Assembly: GCA_013239625.1 (NCBI GenBank)
Contig: MU053482.1
Span: 843,168-907,167, forward strand
Origin: Lama guanicoe
Lineage: Eukaryota
Length of the DNA: 64,000 nt
Reading direction: 5' to 3'
Under the pieces are notes generated by a model, which saw nothing but the letters and a program-made list of their open reading frames with translations, did no database searches and was not told where the DNA came from. A program made the position numbers and the translations under genes. Shown here one piece after another: positions 51,792 through 64,000 of the stretch (position 1 is the first letter of the stretch; each line of letters begins with the position of its first letter).

Positions 51792-51962
51792 ACTGATGGG
51801 TTGTGTTCTCACCAGTGCATGTTGTCTGGATCTGGCCTCTGCTATTCTGAACAACCCAAACCTGCGGAGCCTGGACCTTGGGAACAATGACTTGAAGGAT
51901 GATGGAGTCAAAATTCTGTTTGAGGCTTTGAGACATCCAGACTGTAATATTCAGAGGCTTGG
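51792..51962 (+). CDS. NLRP14: NLRP14 LRR exon 6 (171 nt)
   Basis: LMGCVLTSACCLDLASAILNNPNLRSLDLGNNDLKDDGVKILFEALRHPDCNIQRL; gcag|A…GG|gtgagt. Confidence 0.93.
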
Positions 51963-52667
51963 GTGAGTTCAGTTTTCTATTACGATAATGCTACCTGTTT
52001 GGTGGCTTGTGTAGCTAGAAGAGATTTAGTATATGCAGCGGGTAGAAAATAAATGGGGCTAGAAGGTAAGTTACTCTCAGAAATGAGAATGTGAATTTCA
52101 AATATATGGATCAATGCAGTGCATGTTGTTAGTACAGAAGCCACATTTCACGTTTGTTTCTTTGTGTCCTTGGTCCCTTGACCAGAGTATGTATTAAGTA
52201 AGTGGTCCTTGATTCAGGTCTGTGTTCTATTATCCTTCCATCTGTCCTTGAATTAATTTTCTTATTAAATCAAAGATTCTACTAATCATCTTCCATCTGG
52301 AAAAGTGCTATTGATGCTCTCAAGGAGGCTGCAACCTAATAAAATCTCACTCTGTGTGCTGAGTACTTTTTATGTCCAATCATATATTGTTTAGATTTTT
52401 ATTTTCTTTTTAAATCTTGAACTGATATTGGCTAGTACATTTTTACTTACACGGCATGAATTATTGACATCTGGGTCAAGAATTTTGCTCAGAATGTGGG
52501 AAGCCCAGGCACTATGATATGTCTTCATGATTCTCCCAAGAAAGTGCTCCTTTTTTCTGGTTGCATTGACTGTTTATATATGCTTTTTTTTTCACAACAA
52601 TGATGATGTTGTAACTGTTGGGTCTGAATTTTAATTTTATAATCTAATAAGTCAGCCTATTACTGTT

Positions 52668-53062
52668 TTGTGGATGCTGGCAGGAGACACAGAATCCTGT
52701 CAGAGTCGGAGGACTTTATTACTTACTCATAGCATAGCCCCCGTTAGCTCTGGGCACATTGGTGTGCTCTTCCCTTGTGCCCCAAGGCCCCCAGGGTGGA
52801 TGTGGGGGATGAGGATGTATGCCTGCACATGCAGTGGGCTGCTTTCCAGGAGAGGAGCATTGAGTTTGGTGGACTCACCATTTTACAGCAAGCAGTGAGC
52901 AAGCCTGCTCTTTGTCCTGAAGGGAGACATTATCCCAAACCTCAAGGCTGCTCATTGCACACACATCCTAGGAAATGGCCCAGGTAAAGAGTTGTCAGGG
53001 CCTGGCATTTCTGTCAGCAGTACATGTAGGAGTTCCAGACCATGGAAGAAGGTCTCCCAACA
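52668..53062 (-). mobile_element. ERV 3' LTR (MER74-like, ERVL class)
   Basis: TG…CA ends; GCAAGCCTGCTCTTTGTCC…GAAATGGCCCAGGTAAAGAG; adjacent purine-rich tract AAAAAAGGGTTGGATA on the minus strand. Confidence 0.65.
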
Positions 53063-54600
53063 ATATCCAACCCTTTTTTCTACACAGTAATACAGTCTTG
53101 GCTTCTGATTATTCCCAAGGATATGCCACTCCATTGGCCACTCTGATTAATCTGACCAGCAGAGGCTGGGACCACCTTTGTTCAGTTTCTCTCATACAAT
53201 ATTTAATTAAGGCCACTATCAACAAGACTCCAAGCACAGGATGAGGCCAAATTTGCAGTACTGATTTAAACTATGCCCCCAGGGTCCTGGACTCAGCCAA
53301 CTGAGTAACAACAGGAGGAACAATAGGGCTTGTTTTCCATTACAGTTCCTCGAAAGGAAGTTTAGAAGGACCTGCTGCTCCTGGTGTCACTGGCAGTAAA
53401 TTAAGGAGGCAAAAGATGGGCCAAAAGCAACCCCTTCCCCATTAAAGAGACATGCAGTGGTCCACACTTCCCCACGTGCAGACAGACATCTGACCCGAAG
53501 GAGCACAGGCTGCACCAGCGTGGGGTTCGCTGTTATATTTGATCTGGGTCATTGTTACATTGATTTGGTTATGTCAGGTGGGCATCGTCACCAAGTAGTT
53601 ACAGCTGCTTTGTTTGCCACATGAGGCATAAACCCAAGGCTGTTCCAGCGTCAAGAGAATCTTAGGAATTTGTATTAGACTGAAACAAGGTCCTACCGGT
53701 TGTCATGTTTGTACCCAGATGAGAGGGATCCACATTTGGGGTCTGCCATCTATGGCCTCAGGTACAACAGAATCGTTCAGAGCCTGCCATGTCCACATGA
53801 GCTTTTCTGTTTTCATAGCACGTGGACAGCATGACAACAGAGCAGTGGGTCAGGCCACCGGCTGCAGCTCCTGCTTGACTAAGCAGACCACAGAATCATT
53901 TTGCCAGGTGGCAGTGTTGGATCTGGGAGGAAAAAGAGCCTTAACTGTTCTCCCCACTTCCTACACCTTCCAGCTTCTAAGGTGGCCCTTCCCTGGGTCT
54001 TAGTGTTGCTAGTCTTCCCCCTCACCATGAAGTCAGTGCATCCCATCCCGGTGCCTGTGACTTCACTTTTTCTCTAATCATCCCCTGCTTGCACCCAGGC
54101 CTTCAGGCCAGAGGGATCAGATGGAAGAGAGACATAAGTAGTTTTACAGTATCTACAGAAACCCATTATCTCCTACTCCTTGGTCCGTAAGGGGATTTAT
54201 CCAGCATTGTCTTCAACCAGATGATCACTGTCCTCATGATCTAGGACCTTGTCAATCCAAAAGAGAACCCAGTTGTCTAAACAGATTTAGGTTTGAATCC
54301 CAAAGGCCTTTTTGGCTGGCCTACCACCTACCAATCTGGCTGGCCTGGAGCTGCTGTCAGGGAAAGAAAAGAAGCATGCCCATTCCTGGGTCAGGATACA
54401 ATCGTGAAACTTCAAAGTAGGTTTTTGGGGTTTTTTAAATATATATAACCTGCTATCCCTTTCATCTTAACCATTACCCTGGAGGTGGCCAAAAAGAGTC
54501 AAGCCATTTCAGGGGACAGCCACGTTTAGTGACCAAACTGCCCCACTAAGCTATGTAGACCGGGAGTTGTTGAGGGAGGTAGGGTCAGTAATCTTTCTGA
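53063..54600 (-). mobile_element. Degraded ERV internal region with env-like remnants
   Basis: Fragmentary minus-strand translations: SWLSPGPWG…FKSVLQI…LGVLLIVALIKYCM (TM anchor-like), CAPSGQMSVC, and a WQND…LTHC segment; many stops and frameshifts. Confidence 0.55.
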
Positions 54601-54619
54601 TTTAATTTCAAGGGGATAT

Positions 54620-57270
54620 TCCAGGGTTTTTTTGCATATTTGAAAATGTCTTAGTTTTCTATGAACTTGAATAGCAGCCTGGTTGTGTTCATAATATTTT
54701 GGTCATCCTCTGAGAGTTTTATTAGTCCGCTGCCTGCTAGCATTGAATCTGGTTGTAGGAAAGTTTGAAACCAGCTGATTCTTCCCCTTCAATGTCCTTA
54801 TTGGTTTTAAAAAAAATTTTTTTCCCCTGGATGTCCTTAAGGTTTCTCCTTTAGCCCAATAATTTGTCCTGTGTTGAATTTTCTTTATTAATATTTTTCT
54901 GGGGACATGATGTTCCATTTAAGTCTGTAGATTGTACTTTTTAGGGGTAAGTTTTCCTATCTTTAATTTCTGTATATTTGTCAGTTTTTTTGCAAGGTCA
55001 CCAATTATGCTTATGTTGGATCTCTTCTGTTTGTATTCCTTATCGATAATTTTCTTTAATCTTTTAAAGATTTTTCTAACCCATCCTACATATTCCTAAG
55101 TCTTTTGTTAGCAGTTGTGACTCTTTTGCTCCTTTTAATGAGACCTTCATTCTGTCATTTTAATTTTTCTGTTCTGTTATGTTTAAGCTCTGCCAAATCA
55201 TATTTTAAATATTTTTAAATAAAATACAGAAAAATAAATTAAACTAGTATTTTAAAAAATCAAGCGTGTATGTAATCACACTCAGGTCAGGAAATTTTCC
55301 CAGTGAATTTCCCTCAGTCCCTCCCAAATCACAACAACTTCTGTCTTCTTCAAGAAGTAAACGTTATCCTAACTTTGATAGCAGTCACTTATGTGTTTTC
55401 TTGTATAGTGAGCCATGATGTACATAATCATAAACAATGGACTTGAATTTTGCTTGATTTTGAATTTTATATTCAGGGAATCATACTTTATATATTCTTT
55501 TGTGTTATGATTTTATCTTATGATTGTAAGAGTTATCTGGTTGTTTCCTGTGGCTGTTTTTATTCATTTTTTATTGCTATAAAAGATGAATGAATGACCA
55601 TACCACAGACTATTGCTAATCTGAAACCAATAGATTGCCAGATATTTCTCTGGCAATAATGGGTTTATTCAGGATCAACAGAGAATTATAATTCAGCATC
55701 TGTAACCATGATGAGCTATTTGTAGTCTCCACATGGCAAGAGAAGGAGAATGCTTTTATACAGGGGAAAGGAAGTTGGGAGGGCTACAGTAAACTAAGAG
55801 ACCAGGGCTTTTCATCGGCTGAGTCCTTGCCAGAAATAGAAGTCCTTTTTCTTCCAGTGGGGTTCTATCTTTGCAGGGTGCGAGAGCTCCCCCTGCTGGT
55901 CTCCCAGCTCTATTTAATTGAGGTTCTGTTTAGTAGTTTTCCTAAGCTATATAAACCATTCTATTGGTGGACTTCTGGGTTGTTTTCATTTCTTTTCTTT
56001 AATGATTAGTGCTGCTATGGGTATTTTAATACATTAACTGTGAGACACCCATGTACACATTTATCTAGGGTAAATAATTAAGAGTGGAATTTAATATCTT
56101 GGGGAATATTCCCCAAGGATTAGACTAGTTTATTCTACCACTGGCAATGTGCAAGAGTTCCTGTTGCTCTCTGTTCTTGTCAATTTTATCAGACTTAATT
56201 TTTAAGAGTTTAGCCAGTCATGTGTGGTTTTAGCATATGATTGTGTAAGACTGGAATTATGTCTTCCTTGTACTTTGTAGAAATTTCTGGTGAAGTCATG
56301 TGATCTGGAGTTCATTTTTGTGGAGAGTTTTTTGACTTCTGCCTCAATTTTTAAATAATTATATACTTACATAGATTTTATTATTGAGTAATTTTTGGTA
56401 AGTGATAATATTCCTGTAATTTTATCCAGTCTCAATTTTAAAACTTATTGGCAAGTGTCTATTAATACTGTATTATTATCTGTTTAATGTCTCAATCATC
56501 TCTAGTGATTTAGATATCAGTCATGTTTCATTAATATTTTATCTTATTATTTCTTCTACTTTTGTTGAGTTTATTTTACCATTCTTTTTCTAAATTCTTG
56601 AGTTGGATGACTTAGCTCATACATATTTCCTTCTTTTCCAACAGACTTTATGATTTTCCTTCAAATCACTGCATTAACTTCAGCCTACAAGATTTTATAT
56701 TATATGTAGTGTTTTTGTTATTTTTGAGTCTAAAATATTTAACTCCCTCAAGATTTTTTTCTTCAACTCATGGATTATTCTAAAGTGTACTCCTTACTTT
56801 TCAAACATAAGAGGAGTTTCTTGTTATCTTTTTACATTTAATCTCTAGCACTGTAGTCTGAGAACACTTCTGTGCATGATTTCAGCTCTTTAAAATTTGT
56901 TAACATTTGTTTCACGGCCCATGTATAGTCAGTTTTGTATGTGTCCATAGTGCACTTGAGAAGAACACGAAGAGTTCTGGGCTGCAGTTTTCCTATCAGT
57001 TAAGATTGTTTTTTCTGTTGTTCAAATCATCTGGTATTTTTAGTGATTTTTTTTCCAGATAATTCAATTACTGTGAAAAATAGGTTAAAATTTGTTATAA
57101 TTACAGATGTGTGTATTTCATTTTGTAGTCCTGTTAGTTTTTATTTTCTATATCTTGAGACTTTTATTAGTGACTGCAAATTCAGAATGATTGTTTCCTG
57201 ATGAATTCTTGATGACCTTTTCTCTTATAATGCTTTTAACCCTAACGTTTACTTTGTATGACATTTATGT
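54620..57270 (-). mobile_element. Old antisense L1M fragments with a nested LTR near 55.6-55.95 kb
   Basis: T-rich degraded L1-like sequence; a distinct LTR-like block interrupts it; boundaries approximate. Confidence 0.5.
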
Positions 57271-58062
57271 AACGTGTCAAAATTAGTGGGACTATTGCCC
57301 CCACCAATTAATGTGTGTTCCATGTGGGTAGCAACTGGAAAATATTTTTACATACTCAGCACCTATATAGACACTTAAATGTTGAATGTCTAGATAAACA
57401 GAAGATGAAAATTAAAATTAATGGGTTGGGGGGGAATCATCAGGTCCAGAAGGTTGAGTTGAATATGATTCATCAGTTCGTGATATTATATTATCTCTGG
57501 TTTATGCAAGGGCCCTCTGTTGCCTGTTGGTTGGTCGGTTAGTTAATGTATCTCCATTAACCATATCTCCTTCTCACCTGTAGGCAACTTACCTAATGTG
57601 TTTGAAATACACCATAGAATTGTGTGTCCTTACAAAAGATGTAATATTGTTTCTAAGTGTATGCATTTTTATTTGCATAAATGGCATGGTGCTAGAGACC
57701 TCATTATATACCTTGCCCTTTTACACTCAATACCATATTTCTAAAATCTATTTATGTTGCTATACTTTTAATCCTGTTCAAGGATTCAGTTGCTTCATAG
57801 TTTTCCTTTGTGTGTTTCCACATTTACTCCCTGGACCATAATTATGACTTTGTAATTCATGATATGATATAGGAGTGGATATCTTCAACCCATAAATAGC
57901 TAGAAGTAATGAACATTATACTTATATTCCTTGACTTTACCCACGTTGTGCTCATTTTTTAAGCTTCTGGGGTCCTCCTACACGCCCCACTCTCAGATCT
58001 CGTGTGTATGCTCTCTGTCATGGGAGATAGTTCATTTCATCTTTAGTCTCTCCTCCCTGCAG

Positions 58063-58233
58063 GTTGGAATACTGTGGTTTGACCGCCCTCTGTTGTCAGG
58101 ATCTCTCCTCTACCCTGAGCAGCAACCAAAGACTGATAAAAATAAACCTGACCTTGAATACCTTAGGGCATGAAGGAATTAAGAAGTTATGCGAAGTCTT
58201 GAGGTCTCCTGAATGTAAACTGCAGGTTCTAGG
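58063..58233 (+). CDS. NLRP14: NLRP14 LRR exon 7 (171 nt)
   Basis: LEYCGLTALCCQDLSSTLSSNQRLIKINLTLNTLGHEGIKKLCEVLRSPECKLQVL; gcag|G…GG|gtaagt. Confidence 0.93.
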
Positions 58234-58394
58234 GTAAGTCGTCATTGGCTTCTCAGGGGGAAAGGTTCCTGGAATGAGGGGTTTGGGGAGCCACTCGTTC
58301 AGGGCTAGCCTCAGCCTCAGCCTGACTGTGGGTCCTCTGGTGTTGTCCAGGCCCTTATTTGTTTTTCTCCCATCGAACACTGAATTCCAAGAGA

Positions 58395-58630
58395 TATGAT
58401 GTAGCATAGGAGTTAGGAACCAAGAACTCTGGAGCCGGACTACCAGAGTTTAAATTCCGGCCCTAACACTTACTAGATACTTGAACTCGTGCTAGTCCCC
58501 AGTCTCTGTGTTTCTGTTTCCTTATCTGTAAACTGGATGAAATGCTAACATTTGCCCACAGGGTTTCTGTGAGGCTGGACCACCTGAGTCAACACAGGCA
58601 GTTTTTAGAGCAGTGCCTAGCATATAATGT
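58395..58630 (+). mobile_element. MIR SINE (further MIR-like fragments near 7.7, 9.2, 21.6, 30.7, 38.1, 39.5, 39.8 and 48.5 kb)
   Basis: ACTCTGGAGCC…GTTTAAATTCCGGC…ACTTACTAG…TCTGTTTCCTTATCTGTAAA core. Confidence 0.7.
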
Positions 58631-58929
58631 GTTTGTGTTGGCTGTTTTCATAGTCATGATTAGTAGAACTATCTTGCTTGAATAGGAAAAGGCTCTCGGC
58701 GGATCCTTTAAAATCTTAACCTATTTTCTCTTTCTCTCTATACTCTGTTGTCCTTCAGCTGCTGTATCTCCCTCAACGGATCGGTCAGTTTCCTTGCCCG
58801 CTGCCTGGCCATGTTCATATTCTCTTTCAGGTCTCCCCCACTCAAATAAATCCCCAGAGAAAGTAAAGGGCTATGGGGAAACCGGAAGGTGCTTTCGTGG
58901 CAAGAAGAGATGTTCCCTTGTTTTCTCAG

Positions 58930-59065
58930 GTTGTGCAAAGAGGCATTTGACGAGGAAGCCCAGGAGCTGCTAGAAGCGGTGTGCAGCAGCAACCCACACC
59001 TTGCCATTAAGCAGGACTGTGATGACCATGACGAAGAGGACGGCTCCTGGTGGCGGTGTCTCTGA
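58930..59065 (+). CDS. NLRP14: NLRP14 last coding exon
   Basis: LCKEAFDEEAQELLEAVCSSNPHLAIKQDCDDHDEEDGSWWRCL*. Total CDS from 32318 is 3291 nt = 1096 aa with no frameshift or internal stop. Confidence 0.92.
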
Positions 59066-59097
59066 CTCAAAAAACCTGGTAGTCTTGAACAGAGCCA

Positions 59098-59103
59098 AAT
59101 AAA
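59098..59103 (+). terminator. Candidate NLRP14 polyadenylation signal AATAAA (second copy at 59226-59231)
   Basis: First AATAAA after the stop codon at 59065. Confidence 0.5.
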
Positions 59104-59454
59104 GACCCCGGCAAGACAAGGCCGGGGGGCTTCATGTCCAGACGTCACGCATTTGATGTCTGCCAGGTATAGGTTAGTCACTTCTCTGTAAAATGCTCTA
59201 GTTCACACAGGGGTTAAGAGGCAAAAATAAAATGGAAGACTTAAAGCTCTGTGCAAGTGTAACACGTTTTTCCCTGAACTTGGAATTGAAGAATTCAGAG
59301 AATCCTAGAAGTGAGACTAGAGGAGAGGGGCTGGGGAAGATTACGTTCAAGCACCTGGCTCTGCTTTCTCTCCATTCCCACCGCCGGGGCTTTCTTCACA
59401 GCCTCGCCATCTGTGGCACATTTTACTGAATGCTTCCCCGTTGAGTGCCTGGGG

Positions 59455-59615
59455 CCACTCAGGTAAAAATCACTTGGGTGTTTTTTTAAAATGGCAATTC
59501 CTAAGCCCCACACCAGACTTACTGAATCAAGGTATCTGGGTGAGGGCCCTAGAAACAGGCATTTTTGATAATTTTCCAGGCAATTCTTTGACACATTAAT
59601 ATTTAAGACTCACTA
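59455..59615. mobile_element. MER5-like hAT MITE
   Basis: AATCACTTGGG…TTCCTAAGCCCCACACCAGACTTACTGAATCA…GGGCCCTAGAAA…GCATTTTT. Confidence 0.65.
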
Positions 59616-59770
59616 ATCTCAGTAGAAACAGGAGTCCACTTCTGCAATCAATCTTTTCCGTAGCTGATTGTGAAGATACAAGGAGATATAAAGGTTATTG
59701 GGGTTGGAGCTTAAAAACGGATTCTTCCATTTGGCAGAAACACGGCACAATGACATTTTCTGGGAAGGAA

Positions 59771-60282
59771 TGTTTTGGTTATTTATCGCTATATAACAAA
59801 CTATTCCAAAACATAGTGGCTTAAAACATGAGTCACTTTGTTATATTTCATGACGTGATGGATTAGAACCAGAAGGGCTCAGCTAAGCATTTCTTACGCT
59901 CCACAGGACATCCCCCGGTGTCCCTTGGTGGTGTTCAGCTGACAGCCGGGTTGCTTTAGAAGCCTGAGGATGACTTTAGTCACATGCCTGGTGCCTTGGA
60001 CAGGATGGGTGACTGGCAGGCTGAGTTGGGCTGGGCCCCTCTTCCCTCTAGGCTTAGGGCCTCTCCAGTAGGGAGGAAGGACTACTTTGTTAGAGATTCA
60101 GGGCTTGAAAAAGTCAAGTGGAAGTTGCCAATTCTCTTAAAAGCTAGGCCCAGAACTGGCATAAGGTCACTTTTCTTTCACTTCCTTGGTCAGAACTATC
60201 CAGGCCACCCCAGATTCAAGGGCCATCACTTGTTGATGGCAATAGTGTCAAAGAATTTGTGGCATTCCTTAGTCCACCACCA
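59771..60282 (-). mobile_element. MLT1-type MaLR solo LTR
   Basis: ATAACAAACTATTCCAAAACATAGTGGCTTAAAACA…CCAGATTCAAGG…AAAGAATTTGTGGC. Confidence 0.7.
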
Positions 60283-61205
60283 ACTCTTACCGATTTTTTC
60301 TCCCTGTCTCTAGGGGATAAGAAAGCCTCTTAGCTGGGATAACAGCTCCTGGGTGACTGTAGCAGGGCTGGAGACAAGAGTGAACCAAGGCAGTTAGAAA
60401 GGGACAGATGGCAATCATGGGACAACTTGCAGGTAATGTAACTGGAGCTGATAGCTGCACAGAACAGTGATACGCTGACATCTGGCAGAGATGATACCTA
60501 GAGAGGAGTCAGTATTGAGGTTGACTCCCTGTGATGACAATCATGCTGGTTAGAGAAAGCTAGCCTCGGGCTGTTGTAACAAACACAGAAAAGGAAGTAC
60601 ATGTCAGAGAAGGGGTGTTCCTTTCCCACAGCAGCTTTGGGCTGCAGTGAGCATCTTATCTTTCAAAGACAATGGGATTTCCAAGCTGCCCAGGTAAAAC
60701 TCCAGCCAAGGTGTTGATAAATGCTTCTCATCAAGATGATTTTTTTTTACCAAATTTTCAGATAAAAGAAAATTCTTTTGTTTTTTAAACCCAATTTCAG
60801 AGCACTGAAGATAACAGAGGAAGATAACTTTCTCATTTCATTTTATAAAGTGAGAACTTTGATGATAGAACTTACAAAGGTAGCACTAAAGAGAAAGCTG
60901 AATATTGCTTATGAATATATATGCAAAGGCCAAATGTATTTGAAAATTAATTCTAACAATTAATTAAAATATACCATGACTATTATGATTTATAACAAGT
61001 GCAAGAGAGGACAAGTACTAGGAGGAATGTTATAATTTACAACATTAGCTACTTGGTGGAGAAAGACCAAGGAATCCCCTTTATATTGTCAACTACTTCT
61101 GTAGCACGACAAGGACTGTTTCCCTTGTGCTGACAACAGTACACTAGAAGCACCGCCATTTAAATGTTGAAAACATGCCTGGTATCACTGCTGTCAGGGA
61201 ACCTA

Positions 61206-61622
61206 TGGGCCAGGATTAGGGTGTGGCAAGTGAGGCATTTATTCTCAGGGTTTCAAGTACAGGGTCAGACACTGTCTTTCTTTAAATTTTTAATATTTGG
61301 TTACCATGGATGTTTTTGCATTAATTTTGATTTTTAAAAATATTCCCCTAAAATGTTATTTATCTTGATTACTGAGGTTCTTTTTTGTTTGTTTTGTTGT
61401 TGTTGTTTTTGGTGGGGGAGGTAATTAGGTTTACTTATTTATTTATTTATTATTTAGAGGAGTAATTGGGGATTGAACCCAGGACCCTGTGCATGCCAAG
61501 TATACACTCTACCATTTAGGCTATACCCTCCTCCCCTACTGAGGTTCTTTGCTTGGTTTTTGGCATCTCCTTAAATTTCATGCATCAGGCAAACCATTCC
61601 CCTTATCCTAAACACAGCTCTG
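61206..61622. mobile_element. MER96-like hAT element interrupted by the SINE at 61384
   Basis: GGGCCAGGATTAGGGTGTGGCAAGTGAGGCA start, with a degenerate complementary end near 61590-61622. Confidence 0.5.
61384..61536 (-). mobile_element. tRNA-Ala-derived SINE (vic-1-like) with a perfect 14-bp TSD
   Basis: Reverse-complement SINE; TSD TACTGAGGTTCTTT at 61370-61383 and 61537-61550. Confidence 0.88.
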
Positions 61623-61920
61623 TGTTAGGGATGGTCTGTAATTTTAAATGGTGTAGTTAAGGAGTCAAAGAGGATAGTCAAAGAATCAAACATTAGCTTT
61701 GTTGATTCTTTATATTTTGTCTTTTTTCTTTTTTATAAGCTTATTTTGTAAATTCTTGTTTCATATTTTCTGTTATCTTTGAATTTGTTTTGTCAGTATG
61801 CTAACTTCTCAAGTTAGAGTCTTACCTTATTGATTTCCAGCCTTTTATTGTAAGCATTAAGGTTTTAATTCCCTTCTTATTTACATTTTAGCTGAATTCT
61901 CATGCTTTGAACATGGAGTC

Positions 61921-62288
61921 TTTTTTTTTTTGAGGTATAACTGATTTACAATATTATATAAGTTTCAAGTATACAACATAGTGATTCAAAATTTTTAAAC
62001 ATATTCTGTTCATAGTTATTATAAAATGTTGGCTATATTCCCTGTGCTGTACAATATATCCCTGTAGCTTACTTATTTTATATATAGTAGCTTGTACTTC
62101 TTAATCTCCTACGCCTATTTTGCTCCTTCCCACTGGTAATCATTAGTTCTTTCTCTATTTATCTGAGTCTCTTTCTTTTTCGTTACATTCACTAGTTTGT
62201 TTTACTTTTTAGACTCCACATATATGTGGTATCATACAGTGTTTGTTTGACTTTTTTCACTAAGCATAATACCCTCCAAATTCATCCA
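61921..62288 (-). mobile_element. 5'-truncated LINE-1 3' end
   Basis: Poly-T followed by the reverse-complement L1 3' UTR; TSD GAACATGGAGT / GAATATGGAGT. Confidence 0.82.
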
Positions 62289-63278
62289 GAATATGGAGTA
62301 TTTTCACTAACATTCAGGTCCAAATATTTTCTGATTTACACAATTTTTTTTCTGTGACCCATATGTCACAAAGAAGCATGCTTATAAATTTCCAAACAGG
62401 CATTTTAAAAGTTATCATCTTGCTGTTGGTTTTTAATGTAACAGAGTTCAGATAATGTGTTCTGTATGAAAATCATTTTTGAAATTAGTTAAAATAGAAT
62501 TTCTGGCCTCATATATAATCAACTTTCTATGTGTACTTGAAAATAATATGCATTTTCCCATGAGTGAAAATGTGTATGTGTATATGTAGCCGTTAAGTCA
62601 AGGTTTTTAATGATGCAGTTCAAATTTTCCTGTACTAATTTTCTCAGTCTATAAATTATTAAGATCATTTTCTTTAAATCTTTTAATAGGATGGACAGAT
62701 TTCCTATTTGTATAGTTCTTTAAAATTTTCCTTTAGATATTTTGAGGCTATGGTATTGAGTAAATGTGGTAGAAACATGTTACAGGCAGCTTGGAGATCA
62801 CATGCTTTCAGCTTGGCAACCAAGGAGAAAAGATCTCTTTTATTCCCCTGCTTTGGTTTAAAATGTTTTCCAAAGACTAACTGGTCCATTGTAGATCCAG
62901 TGAAGCAGTAAAATAATTTTCAAAGATTTTAAATCATGACTCTTATAGAGATGCAGAGTGAATTCTTGTGAAAGAATATCAATTCATTAGTAAGGGAGCT
63001 AGTGAGATGCTGATTTACAAAGCATTTGAGGAACAAGAGTTTATATATCCATCATGAAAGGCATTTTTAGAAGTTAGAATAACATAGCAAGGTAGATACA
63101 AAACTGATTAATGTGCTACTAGGCAATAAATGATAACCTTTGGGATTATCTTTTCAACCATATAGAGAAAATTTACACTGGTAAGAATTATTTGCACTGC
63201 TATTAGGTTTCTACAAGATAACCTTTACCCTTACAAAGTTGTGAATGTTCTGATCAATAGAACTAAAAGTCGGAGAAC

Positions 63279-63634
63279 TGTTAAAAGATAAAATGAGGCA
63301 CATCAAAAATTTTAAGAGTTTATTTAAACAAAAAACTATTTAAATAGGGGAATGCCAAACCAGAAATGGTTAGGCGCACTCCACCCGACAGGAGCTAGGG
63401 GAAAGACTTTAACAGAGAAGATGCAAAAAGCAAAGCAAGGAAATTACTTGATTGGCCAAAGCTGAAGTATTTTCCTTATTTGGAAAAGCCTAGCTGGCTG
63501 TAATTGGTTGTCCTTAGGTTTCGATTTCTTAACCTTGAGGCATTTATAACCTTTTGGTTTGCTTAGTAGCAAGGTAATACTAAAGTTTTAGAACCACCTC
63601 AGTCTAACGGCCTCCTTGTTTAGCTAATTGAACA
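63279..63634 (-). mobile_element. ERV1-class solo LTR (subfamily uncertain)
   Basis: TGTTAAAAGATAAAATGAGGCAC…AGAGTTTATT…CTTGATTGG…GGCCTCCTTG…AACA; TG…CA ends and AATAAA on the minus strand. Confidence 0.6.
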
Positions 63635-64000
63635 TAAAGAGACACACCCATAGGAAATCAGACAACCCCAAGTCTGCTAGACAATCCCTCAAACTACAGT
63701 TAAAAGGACACTTAGTAACACCAGTAATACCTTTTGCCTAATTTTGTTTTGGATAATTTTTCTTAACAGTGCTCACCTCTTAGAACAAGTAGATCTCTGT
63801 TGGCGATGTGGCCACCAAGATTATTGTGGGTTGTCACAACTGAGGGTTTCTACTGGCATCAGGTGATGTTTCACACATCAAGTGAATCTGGAATCAAAGG
63901 ATTTGGGATTTAGTCCTTTTACTATCGGTTACAAGTTCTGTAACATTGGCAAATATTTCGTATTTTCATACTTCAATTATCTATACAATGGAGGCTAAAA

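Noticed and set aside
32318..59065. NLRP14 as a pseudogene or as another NLRP paralogue
   Set aside because: All coding exons are open with compatible phases and GT-AG sites; sequence and ZNF214 adjacency point to NLRP14.
58738..59181. 147-aa antisense ORF over the last NLRP14 exon
   Set aside because: Opposite-strand shadow of coding sequence; no supporting features.

Overview
Mammalian genomic DNA, most likely a camelid (four copies of a tRNA-Ala-derived SINE resembling camelid vic-1). The window holds two intact divergent genes in the same arrangement as human 11p15.4. ZNF214 is on the minus strand: probable non-coding exon 1 in a CpG island near 22.3 kb, KRAB-A exon 7352-7478, zinc-finger exon 4572-6262, about 605 aa. 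NLRP14 is on the plus strand: 11 coding exons from 32318 (or 32309) to 59065, PYD-NACHT-LRR, about 1096 aa, with GT-AG sites and phases checked by hand. The rest is mostly transposon-derived (L1, SINEs, MaLR/ERV LTRs, hAT MITEs, MIR/L2). I found no convincing wholly new biological system. The best leads are: a CpG/GC-enriched LRR exon suggesting GC-biased gene conversion, an Arg-to-Lys change in the NACHT sensor-1 motif, a second CpG island with germline-type E2F6 and E-box motifs, tandem in-frame acceptors and a possible microexon at the NACHT-LRR junction, degenerate N-terminal ZNF214 fingers, and an env-bearing ERV remnant in an NLRP14 intron. Human comparisons and repeat subfamily names come from memory and need database confirmation.
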